DNA from: Felis catus
Lineage: Eukaryota
Length of the DNA stretch: 64,000 nt
Assembly (NCBI RefSeq): GCF_018350175.1
Contig: NC_058368.1
Span: 40,054,001 to 40,118,000 of the forward strand
Direction: 5' to 3'
Shown: one piece after another, positions 13,861 to 25,558 of the stretch
Layout: every line of letters starts with the position of its first letter
Position numbering within the stretch: the first letter of the stretch is position 1
Made by a program: the position numbers and the translations under genes
Notes under the pieces: model-generated
Database searches by the model: none
The model's input: only the letters and a program-made list of their open reading frames with translations
Told to the model about the DNA's origin: nothing

Positions 13861-16800
13861 GTAAGTACTGCCTCCCTATTGGTGCATATGAAAAGTTCTT
13901 GTTGTTTGTTTTCTCCAATTAGGAAAACTCTCCTTCAAAGATAAAGTAAACACTTAAAGCGGTGCTTTGTACATACCAAGCAATGAATGATTTTTATTGT
14001 ATTAAATTAAAATGAATTGAAATAATGCATTTTGCTGTCTTCTTTAATTTTTTATTTATCGGGAAACACATTTACCTGTGAACCTTGTGGGACCGGCAAT
14101 TCTTCCAGTAAAAGGGAGTAATTTATGTTTCTTCATTTCCCAGATTTCACATCACTCAGAAGCACATGGACAGGCTTTCAATGAGGCATCCATGAGAAGA
14201 CTCAGTGGGATGTCTGGCAGTTTAAAGCAAAGAGAGAGGAGATCAGGAATTTGTAGGGACGACCTACAAAACCACCAACATAAAACAACCTTTCTAGTTT
14301 TATGTTTCCCTTTGTCAAAAAAAAATGAACTATCTAAAGTATAATACAAACATGTGATCTCTGTTTTGGCAATTTCTTAAATATCTTTTTAGCTCTGTCA
14401 CTCTGGACTGATATTTCTGTTTCTTTATGGTGCTATCACATCACATGACACAAAGAGAATGTGCCAAACCAATCTATATATGCAGTTGAATAAATGAAAC
14501 TAAATCCCGTATGAAATCATCTTCAGGGAAATGTGCCATACATAAAAGTATTCAGACTCTCTGATAAAAGACGATTTTATTTTCTTAAAATGAATGACAC
14601 TGTTTAACCATGGGATCAGTTACACACAGATATGCTTATAGTTTATCATCACAGGATAAGTGATCTTTTTGGTTTGTTATACATACAAACACACACAAAA
14701 ATATATATTCAAATCCTTGGTTTATCATCCCAAGTGTTATATTGTGGAAATAAATGTAAAAAGAAAATTGTTTTAAAACTAAGTATTACATGTTTTAAAG
14801 CAAATTTAAGGAGTATATTGCAGGAATTTGTGTAAAAACTGATACAATGAAAAGGAAAATTTAACAGCCACATTAAAGGCTATTTTTGATATTAAAAAGA
14901 AAGCAGTGGCAGCTTTAATTAATCATTAGGGTGAAAGAAAATTCTGTGTATATTTTTTACCTATTTTTGGTACCAAAGATACTGAATTTTATATGAAGGA
15001 AATATTGATTAGCACCACATTTAATATAAATTCATTACAATACTATTTGCAGCTCTCGTGCAGAACCATGAAGAGTAAGCCTGGGACTGTGAATACATTT
15101 CAGGACAAGAAGAAGAAAAGGAATATGAAGAAAAAGCAACCCGACTTAATGAAAAATGCTTAATGTTCTCATTCTGATTGTATAGGCAGATTGGATGGTC
15201 TTATTTTAACACTAGTGTGCTTATTAAATGCATTAACCTCAGGTACCAAAGCAATATTATATTTATTTCTTCTTTTTCTGCTCATCAAATATTACTCCAG
15301 TTATATATGACAGGGAAGATATGGGCAGGCAAACTCTGAAAATATGGTACTTCTGTCAAATGTCTTTTAACTCAGGTTCCTGTCATTTTTATATTTATAT
15401 TTCATATGCCATGCAAAGTTTTCTTGTGGGACTGTCATAAACTACCCGTGCTTATTTCTCACATGAGCTGTGATCAAAACATCAACATTTTGCCAGAGGC
15501 TTTTATTTCAGTTTGTTTTATACCAACTAACTTCTTCTTTGGAATCATTACAAAGCATTAACGGAACATTCTAGAGATGGGTTATGCACGGCATGCTCAC
15601 TGATGATATACTAAAATGCCACATATTATCATTTTGTAACTGGGTTTTAAAGGTTACCGGCAAGGTTGTTAAAGGAAAACAATATAAAAGTTAAGAGAAA
15701 TTGTATTATGTTAGTTTTTGAGGTTTTTTTTTTAACATATAGCGTAGGCTAGAACCTTTTTTCCTAAGGCTTGCCATTTTCTCTTGAACTCTTAAATATA
15801 TTTGAGAAATTTATGATATGAAGAATCATGAGATGTTTAGCAGCTACAGATAAATATGTGAAGGGTGAATATCTAAGAGTAAATTGCAAAGGGCGAGAAG
15901 CCAAGCATTAGCACAGAAAATGTAAGAAGTTAGATTTGAAAATACTGTAACTATAATATCGTAAAGGGAGAAGGAATAGCTTGCAGCTAATGTTAAGCTT
16001 CTGCCATAGCTGGTCTTCTTTTAAATTTTTCTCATTCGAAGTTTTATACTTCAATTTACACAGAAAGTAAAACATTTTCAATGTCCATAATAATCATAAA
16101 TTTCAAAAGACACAGCTTTTTAAAGAAAAATGCTTCTTTTTAACAAACAAAATGTGTTTTCAATTGAAATCTCTAGTTAGAAAAGATTTCGCTCCTTCTC
16201 TTTTGACATAAAATTTCTACTTAAAGCAAACTGATGGTCAAAGGATGCACTGAATGACATGGTAGAAAGGACACCACTAATATTTTTATAATATTAAACA
16301 AGTCAATTATATATAAGTCTCACTCCTTTTTTTTCTTTCATAAAAACAAGATAAAAATTAACACAGTGGTTTTCAGTCTACTCATAGGAACATCTGTAAG
16401 TATTCAGAAAACATTTTATTTAAGCAACCATTGAAGCTCAGTACTTGGCGAGGTTCATGATCATTGATTGCTGCTAGTCTTTGGGCAGGAGAGAAAGGCC
16501 AAGGCAGACACCAGTGGAGGGTGAGTTGCTTAAAGATGACAAGAATTTCAAGTCCCATGGCCTCAGCGATGGTCCCTTGAGGCTTCCCGGTTCCCCCAAA
16601 GCTAGAGTTTCTTGAAATATTTTGTTTGGAAGATGGAAATCAATTTTCTGAAATAAAGCTAGATATTCTCTATTTTAATACTCTTTAGTGATCATTACAA
16701 TTCTGACATTCTAGAAATTAACTTACTGATCAATTATTCTCTCTTGACCATAAGAAAGCTATGTTATTCACAAAACTTTAAAACCACTAAGAGTAATTTT

Positions 16801-17854
16801 AAACAATTAAAGAATTCAGATTGATAGAACACTGAAATACAACCCACTTAAATTATTAAGAATACTGTGGTCTACGTACCTAAAAAGGAATTGAAAGTTA
16901 TCTTTGTACAACATAAATTATTGGCAGTAGGAGAAAAGGTATGTTTGGGAGTAAACATTACCCAACAAATTAGTGGGACAGGCTTAAACAAAGAACAATA
17001 GATATTGAACAAGGAGTTAGTTTATATAGGTAAGAATATGATCAAACCCTAATGCCTGGGCCAGAGCGTACGTTCATATTGAGAAAGATAATATAACGCT
17101 TCAGGGCAACATGTATCTCCTTCTTTAGGAAGAGAAGTAGCCCTAAGAGTTAGCAAGATTAAAAATATAGAAGAGGATTAACTCTGAGAATTTAGCTCTG
17201 GGTTTCTTCAAGTATGATCCATATGCTCTCAGGAGTAACGTTTGTTAGTAATGTAGGTTTCTAAGCTCACCACTTGCGTCAGAATGTAACTTCTTTTTTA
17301 TAATTGATTAAGCTTAGGTAATGACTAAAACAGAGTAGTGGGGAAGCCTCAGTTATCACGTGACAAGTTTTATAAATAGTTTACAAATTGTTAAGGAAAC
17401 TTGCTAAGGAAGAAAAAAAAACTTTAGAGAGGAAATAGCAAAAGAAAATCCACAGCGTGGAGGAGAAGCAAGTTTAATGTATGACAAGAGAAGAAAAATA
17501 CAGATAATCCAAGGCAATAAATTTGAATCACAGGGATGATAAATAGAATGTACCGGATCATGAAAGAAAGGACATATGCCTACGGTTCAAAGAGTTAATA
17601 CCCTTACTCCCCAAAACAATAATCAGAGGACTAAATATAATACTTTGTCTTACAAGTAGAAAGTGGAAATGAAATCAGATAACCCCTCAAATCCTGTAAT
17701 TTTATTCTGTCCAGTGATGGGAGCCACAAAGGTTGCTTATTCTCATACTGCTTTCTAGGCTTTCACATGGCAAATGTAAGAATTGGAAGAATTTTAGAGA
17801 GGACAGAGAAGAAAGGATGTGTGTAGAAAATGAGTAAAAGAACTGGAGAGAGTT

Positions 17855-18047
17855 GGAGCTCCTGGGTGTCTCCGTCAGTTAGGTGTCTGAGTTCAGCTCA
17901 GGTCATGATGTCACAGTTTGTGAGTTCAAGCCTCACATTGGACTCTGTGCTGACAGTTCAGAGCCTGCTTTGGCTCTGGAGCCTGCTTTGGATTCTGTGT
18001 CTCCCTCTCTGCCCCTTCCCTGCTTGTGCGCTCTCTCTTTCTCTATA

Positions 18048-18094
<47 letters not shown>

Positions 18095-18108
18095 ATACAT
18101 TTAAAAAA
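17855..18108 (+). mobile_element. Can-SINE with (TAAA)n tail
   Basis: ggagctcctgggtg head; internal duplication of gagcctgctttgg; about 11 TAAA units. Confidence 0.92.
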
Positions 18109-18135
18109 GAAATGCATTAAAAAAAAGTAATCAGA

Positions 18136-18350
18136 GGGGCGCCTGGGTGGCAGTTGGTTGAGCGTCCGACTTCAGCCAGGTCACGATCTCGCGGTCTGTG
18201 GGTTCGAGCCCCGCGTCGGGCTCTGGGCTGATGGCTCAGAGCCTGGAGCCTGTTTCCGATTCTGTGTCTCCCTCTCTCTCTGCCCCTCCCCGGTTCATGC
18301 TCTGTCTCTCTCTGTCCCAAAAATAAATAAAAACGTTGGAAAAAAATTAA
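18136..18350 (+). mobile_element. Young felid SINE (SINEC_Fc)
   Basis: CpG-rich body (cacgatctcgcgg, ttcgagccccgcgtcggg); perfect TSD aaaaaaaagtaatcaga. Confidence 0.97.
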
Positions 18351-19852
18351 AAAAAAAAGTAATCAGAGAAAAATGATAGTCGACATGGGAGATGATGCCA
18401 TTGTTTACCATTCATCCACTCTTCATTTATTCACAAGTACTAAATGCCCTTACTCTGCCAGGTAAAGACAGAAACTACAGAGGGGAATAAAGCAAAGCTC
18501 TTGACATCAAAGTGCTTAGTTTTGTGAGCACTTGGTGAATTATAATGGGGACAGTGGCAATTAATGTTTTGGGGGTAGATCAGCATCTGAAGGGGAACAG
18601 GTACATCAAAGAAATAGCTGTTCCACTTTAAGGATAAAACTCAAATTTTAAACTTGATAGCTAGACAATAGTCCTGAGAACCCAGCTTTGTTGAGGAAGA
18701 ATGCAGGTTGAGTGAGAGAACTGTAGGAGCTCCACTGAAGTGCAGCGATAGGGCAAGTGCAGGGAGAATTCAGCATAGGGAACATGTTAGAAGACAAATC
18801 ATAAATATGAAAAAAAAAGCCTGTAGAGTCAATTGTTTCATGAAAAAATGTGCTTAAGAGTATCAAACATTGCATCTAAACTAAAAATTGCTTATTTTAT
18901 TTCACACTAAGGTCGCTAGCAATCTTAAAAATAACCCATTCAGTATAGTGGCCAGGGAGCATTGTAGAGAATATTAAGTAAGAACTGAGCAGCTAATGTA
19001 AACAACTCTTCTATAAAATTTAAGGTGGTATCAGAGAAATGACTGTGAAATACAGAGGATAGTTGATGCTTTAGCTATAGGGGTTTATAGTATAGGGAGA
19101 GAGAATAATGGGTGAATCAAGGACCTCAAGCAAACAAGGTACGGGACCCAGAGCATAAGGAAAGTAATCATCTAGACAGTAAGAGAGAAATGTTCTTTGA
19201 TATTTTCATCATGACAGTAGGGGAAGAGATCACAAGATTTCTAGAACTGTGCTGGTATAAGTATGAAAGAGTCTCAATTTGATGGTTTCTATTTCTGTTT
19301 CAGAAGTAGTAGAGAAGGAGGCTCTCTTCCCAAGTGAAGGGAATGGGAAGTTGAGGATAATTGAAACATTTTGAATTAGCTACTGTGAAGAATTATAAAA
19401 GGGAGTTACAGAAGTAGTTTTAAGGAGCATTGAGAATTCCATTGAAGCAGATTACATAAAAGTACTGTAACTTGTGAGGAAAGTATCTGTCACAAATGAT
19501 GGATAGAGTTAGGATGAAAAAAGAATTTGGGGCATTAATTTTGAAAGGGATAAAATGAAACAAATATTCAGTTAAGAAACACTGAAAGGATGAAAGTTGC
19601 CTTCAAAAAATGTGCCCAACGCAAACTTAGCTAACTAAAATTTTACTGAAGGGTAGTCCTAAAATCAACTTGCTCCGTGGAACTCATTGATTGAACTTGC
19701 TGGTTCAAGCAAAAAGTCATTGAATTGGGCAGATTTATTGAAAAAAAGTCAAGGATTAAAGCCTGCTGCCTTAGACTGTGATCCCTGGAGTTGTGTGCAA
19801 ATGGTGTATAAAAATTGCTCCAGAGAGATAGGCTTGAAAAGAAGTTAGGGAG

Positions 19853-20219
19853 TGTATCCATCCAGGTTTAACCAGCAAAACAGACCAAGTAGGAGGTATA
19901 TGTTAGGAGACTAATGGCAAAAAATCAACTTAAGCAATTGTGGGAGCTGGCTGACTAGTCAAATTCAAAATCCATACAGCAGGCCATCAGGAAGGGTAGG
20001 CTGGACCTCTCAATACAGGCTGAAGCTGTTGTCCAGTGAGCCTCACTCTGTTGTGAACACTTTTTAGCTAATTGAATCAGGCGCAACCAGATTATGGAAG
20101 ATTTCACCTTACTAATATTCTATTGATTATGGACTTTAACCCAATCTTTAAAAAATACCCTTGCAGCAACATCTAAATTAGCATTTAATTGAATAACTAG
20201 GGACTACAAAACACCATCA
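19853..20219. mobile_element. MLT2-type (ERVL) solo LTR
   Basis: tgtatccatccagg...; attgaatcaggcgcaaccagattat, ttgattatggactttaac, cccttgcagcaacatctaaattag resemble MLT2 consensus. Confidence 0.75.
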
Positions 20220-21860
20220 TTGGAAGGTATGATTGGACTGGACACACCCAGTCCAATGGAGGTTGTAATGGAGGCCTCAGTCCTTCCTCTGGGAGCTGAG
20301 CTCACCCTTCAAAGTTGTCCCAGTTGAGGCATGAGTGTAAGGCTTTTGTATTTCCAAAGACTCAAATAAATTCTCAGTATTGACCATTCTGAAATTGTCT
20401 AGAGAGATGGTGGGTTCTTTTTCTTCAGCTAAATAATTTGCTCTTGGTTCTAGAAACATAGGATCATTTGGTATAATCTATATTCAAATAAAAAAAAATT
20501 TCTCTTCCCATTCTTTGTGACTTGATTATTGTGATTCACTCAGCAACTGCTACTCCTCATTTCCTTTGATGTCTTTGAAGCTTTTGCAGATGAATCTTAG
20601 TGGATAGGAACTTCATGTTGATGAGGAAAATCAACAAAACAATTCATTATGTAAGTGACTTTTTCATCTGAGCTGAATCTATCAAAAGGCAGATATTTCA
20701 TTACTTTCATCATCCTTTTTCTTTTTCTAATAATCATATCTGGAAATAGCCAATCATAACAGAAATGTCTACAAGCACACTGGTGAAATAAACAACCATT
20801 TAACTATCTTAGTAACCTATGAATTCACTGTTTTTTGCTAAATATGCTATTATTTTTATTCGAAGTGTCATTTAACATTAACTTTATATCTTTTGTCTAA
20901 AAAAATCCATGTTTAGGAAGTTTTCTTAAAAACACAAGAAATGTCTATATAAATATCCACACAAGGATGTACATACATAGTTCTAATAACAAAGCCATGA
21001 TGCTCAGTTCCAACTCTCTCGTCTTTCAACTGTGTCACATTAGAAACGTAGCAAAACATTATTTAAAAACTTACAATTTCCTTTACTATTCCCAAACAGC
21101 CCAAATCTCTCTAGATTTTCTTACCTTAAACCCCAACATGACTGTGGTACTCCGTCATAGTCATAGCCCTTTGGTTTCTTGTGGTCCCTTCGTTCATTCT
21201 CTCTCTTCTATTCTCAGCCATGCGTGGTGTGATCCTTATCAGTCATGGTCATATTCTTAGCCTTTCACAGTCTGCCAAGTAGGATCGCACTGTCCTTAAT
21301 GGCTCTTTCTCCCTCGAAAGCACTATTCCCAGACACTAGGAAAGTCAGGCAATGGTAGAGGGGTTATGTTCATCTTTATCTTATAAGACACAAACACTGT
21401 ATCTATATCTATCTATGTATCCATGCATCTACCTACCTACCTATCTACACATAAACTGGTCAATAATTAATGAAAATGAAGAGAATGTTTATTTGTGAGT
21501 GAACTTTATTCAGACATTTGAGTCATTAAAGGAGAGTGTTTGCTGATTCCCAAAATATTGGTGAAGGAAAACAGTTCAACACAATTAATGTTTTAAGGAT
21601 TTGTATAATACTGAAAAATAGCAAAAGGACGTACATAAAAACCTTAAGAGACATTATTGAAGACAGTAGGATGATGATTAGTTTTGTTTTCCTACATATT
21701 TATCTGATTCCCAAGATTTTTTAAATTGAGCATGGGTAGATTTCAACAGGGCAAAATATACAAATTGATCTCATATTAAAATGAAATATACCCTATTCCA
21801 GAAGACAAAAGGAAATAAATATCCAAAATAAATTAATGCTGAGATATGTTTTTAACTTAT

Positions 21861-22343
21861 TAGATCTGCCTCAACTGAAGATGAGGTTATACCCCCAATA
21901 AACTCATCATAAATTGAAAATATCATAAGTAGAAAATACATTTAATACACCTAACCTACCAATCATCACAGCTTAGCCTCACTACTTGAAACACCATCAG
22001 AACACTTGCGTAGCCTACTGTTAGGCAAAATCATCTAACACAAACACTATGTTATAATAAAGCGTTGAATATCTCATGTAATTTTATTGAATACTGTACT
22101 GAAAGTGAAAAACAGAATGGTTGTGTCTTCGTTGTTTACCTTGGTGATCATAGGGCTGACTTGAAGCTGAGGCTTGCTGCGGCCATCCAGCATCATAGGG
22201 TATGGTGCCACCTATCTTCTCTCTAGCCCTGGCGATCAAATTCAATATTTGAGGTAGAATTTATATTAAATGCATATCACTTTTGCACCATTGTAAAATT
22301 AAAAAAAAAGAAAGCCAAACCCTCTTAATCAGGAACAGTTTGT
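21861..22343 (+). mobile_element. TcMar-Tigger MITE (MER47/Tigger5-like)
   Basis: cctcaactgaagatgaggttatacccccaataaactcatc...atttaatacacctaacctacc...ggcaaaatcatctaacacaa...gaaagtgaaaaacagaatggttgt matches recalled MER47-family consensus. Confidence 0.85.
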
Positions 22344-22550
22344 ACTCAAAATTTCTTACATTGTAAAATAATATGTATTTCCAAATAGTTTATATTTTAA
22401 TGTTTAATATTTTCTGAAAACATCATTATGAAACATTTGTTATAATTTCCGTCTTTTAAAATATTAGGTCACTGTAACTATCTTTCTTACTCCGCTAGAC
22501 TCTAAACTCAGTCAAGCCATGCACAATGGTGTACAACGGCCAGCAGAGAA

Positions 22551-22553
<3 letters not shown>

Positions 22554-22596
<43 letters not shown>
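22554..22596. repeat. (CA)n microsatellite
   Basis: About 21 CA units. Confidence 0.97.
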
Positions 22597-22602
<6 letters not shown>

Positions 22603-23661
22603 TATATACTTTTTTTCAAGGCAAACATCCCATTTAGTATTGATTAATTTACAGTTGCAATATTCCTGATTCCATACCACATTTTTAGTTACACTTTCAT
22701 TTTGACAATCATGTTTATCCTTCACCACTTTTTCTTCTTTGCATCATACCTGTGGAATCGATTATGCTCTCCTTAGTAACAGCTATTGTTTCCTGAATAT
22801 TCAGTCTTTACATGTAGCCTATTTTCAGCATTTGAAAGATGATAGATTGTGCTGAATTGTGTTAACTTACGGCACTAAAAAGGTTTATCAAGTTTCTCCT
22901 GCCCCTTCCTCTGAATCGGAGGAGAATAGAACTCTCCCCGACTCTACTTCTGTGTCGAGGTGTAAATATTTAAAAAACGGTCTTTCCAGATTATTCCCAT
23001 ATTGCATATAAAGCCAGCCACAGCGTGGCTTTGGAGGTATAAATTGCTTTAGCTCCTTTATGTTTATCTTCTTAGCATTTCCCCTTGGTTATATGCACAG
23101 AAACTAAAATAGAATGTGCTTGTTTTACAAGTACATCTCAAGCTATCCACCCAACTCTACATTTCCAGGTAGATTGACACCATAAACCATTACTACATAA
23201 CATTTTCAGGCTGCCACTTATAAGAAACATTTTACTTTTTTTATACCTCAAAGTAGCTTAAGTCTAAACACACTTTATCATTAAAATTTAGTTCTTTTTC
23301 TACTCTTATGATTTTGGTGTCTCCATTTTGATTTGAGTCAAACCCTGGTCCCTTCATTATCTTGGAAGGGGAATGAAAAGTTAAGGATAGGGAATATGAT
23401 TTATTTTTTAAAACAGACAGAAGAAAAGATTTATCTTCCCTTGCTTATGCATTCTTTGTTATAGAGACTCTTCTTCTAAGTCAACATTGTTTGCAGATAG
23501 GGAAACAGCAAGTAACTGCCTGAAGTCATGCTCTAATGAAATCATGACGAGAAAAGTGACTCTTTGGAATAACTGAAGGAAGTAAAAAGTGCTTGAGGAG
23601 ACCAAAAATATTTTTTGATAAAAATTAAAAAAAACACACAACCAAAATCTCATACACACAC

Positions 23662-24299
23662 TGTTGGAAAAATATAATTTAAAACAAAATATCCTGCCAA
23701 GCTATAAAACCTCTCCACAAAGGCAGAAGAGAAAGAAAACAGTTGCATTATTGAATAAGCATTTAACCAGAAAGTGACGCACATCATAGACAATGCACTA
23801 AGAGGCAAAGACAATAGTCAAACATTTACATACACACTCTTAAGATAAACAATAACGGGGCAGCACCACTTGTCACCCATAGTTCATCCTAGATTCACCT
23901 TGTCATTGAGGTGACTGTTTGTGTTAGCTAATTGGCTTTATCCAAGGAAAAATAATTTCCTCATATCTTTATGGCAGTAGGTATTTTTGCAAATTGCAGC
24001 AAGGCCCCCACCAAAGTTAGATTCCTACCCTCCCACAGAATATGGGAGGTTAGGAGTGCTGTCTTCCATGATGATTGCATTTCAAAGGTCCTTGAGAAAG
24101 ATATCCCTTGGTTGTAAAGCTGGCAAGAGGCTTATTTAGCTCTTAAAAAGATTTATATGTACTTCAAAGAGGCAGAGACAGAACAATTAATATATTTCTA
24201 ATGTAAATGGTCTAAGAAAGAGAGGTAGGAGAATTTCTTTCCTTATTCTCAACAGGGAGAATTAAGGCTCTTATTTTTTAATTTATATTTGCCCTCACA
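23662..24299 (-). mobile_element. ERV1-class solo LTR (MER89-like; subfamily uncertain)
   Basis: TG...CA termini; 4-bp TSD acac (23658-23661, 24300-24303); minus strand begins tgtgagggcaaatataaattaaaaaataagagccttaattctccctgttgag. Confidence 0.75.
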
Positions 24300-24319
24300 A
24301 CACAACACACACACACACC

Positions 24320-24351
24320 CCACCACCACCACCACCACCACCACCACCACA
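24320..24351. repeat. (CAC)n trinucleotide repeat
   Basis: About 10 CAC units. Confidence 0.9.
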
Positions 24352-25365
24352 TACAGCATATAGAAGTTGACGGATTACAGGGAATCGTAGAATAGCATAC
24401 AAGTATGTTAATTGTTTCTCTCGGGTTTCGCCATGCTCTTAAGCTTTTATACCTTTCCTTGATAAAATGCTATCAACACCCTTTAACTACTCTTTTAGAT
24501 AATTTGCACTGGTCACTTCTACAGATACCACTGCAAAGATTAAAGAGGTCTTTAGACAGCAACCTCTGCTTATTGATTATCCTGTGAAGTAACCCATCCA
24601 AAGCATCTCACACTCAGCATGACATTTCAGCTGTTTTATAAGATACATTTTATGTCTATGGAAGAGATCTCAGGAAACCAGCAGGGAAGTGACTGATATG
24701 CACAGTCAGTTCAACAATTTTTTCTTGGGCAGCTTGTCTATATCATGAAGTCAGAGAAACTTCCCTCTAGACCATTTCCTTTCTGGAATCTTTCCATATA
24801 TTCCACTGCTATTTTGGTCCCAACTATTTCCCTCGTAGACATCCGACAATTTTGAGCTAGCTATTCTTTGGTCTGTGTATGGAAAGTTTTAAGTTTGTTT
24901 CTTTTCTCGACTCCCTGCTTGCATCCTGCTGCTAACACATTTGGTTATTAAGCAATTACTGTTGATTGATTCTGTTTATTCCAATATTTTCCTTTCTAAC
25001 TTCTGTTAGAAATCTCATTCCATACGTTGTGACTTGACTCCATGTTTTATTCAAAGATCTCAGATTATTTCCTTTACTATTTCTTTGTGTTTCATGACTC
25101 AATATTCATTTCATTAAACCATTAGAGTTCTGAATTCTTTGCATTATCCCCAAAATACAATACTTATCATTTGCAATGGAAAACAGTTATTAAGGGTAGT
25201 GTATAGTTTTATACTAGGTGGAGAAAAGAACAAGATAAAGCATATCATAAATTCCTAATTTTATGACCAAACTGGGCCTGCCTTTGCCACAGCTCATAAG
25301 ATAAATCCATCTCTCTCCATCCATCCAAAACATGAAGAGACCCTACTTAGAAGTTAGGGATGGCT

Positions 25366-25558
25366 GGGGCACCTGGGTGGCTCAGTCAGTGAAGCGTCCA
25401 ACTTCGGCTCAGGGGCCCCGTGTCCTGCCCTGTGCTGACAGCTCGGAGCCTGGAACCTGCTTCAGATTCTGTGTCTCCCTCTCTCCCTGCCCCTCCCCCA
25501 TTCGCACTCTGTCTCTGTCTGTCTCTCAAAAATGAATAAACATTTGAATTTTTTATAA
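25366..25558 (+). mobile_element. Can-SINE with internal deletion
   Basis: TSD agaagttagggatggct / agaagttagggatgcct; lacks the tcatgatctc...gttcga segment found in neighbouring copies. Confidence 0.93.

Noticed and set aside
15076..15171. Short lysine-rich ORF MKSKPGTVNTFQDKKKKRNMKKKQPDLMKNA
   Set aside because: Explained by A-rich composition; no homologue recognised.
20590..20650. Exon-like segment ttttgcag|...|gtaagt
   Set aside because: Stops in all three frames and weak exonic donor context; no supporting evidence.
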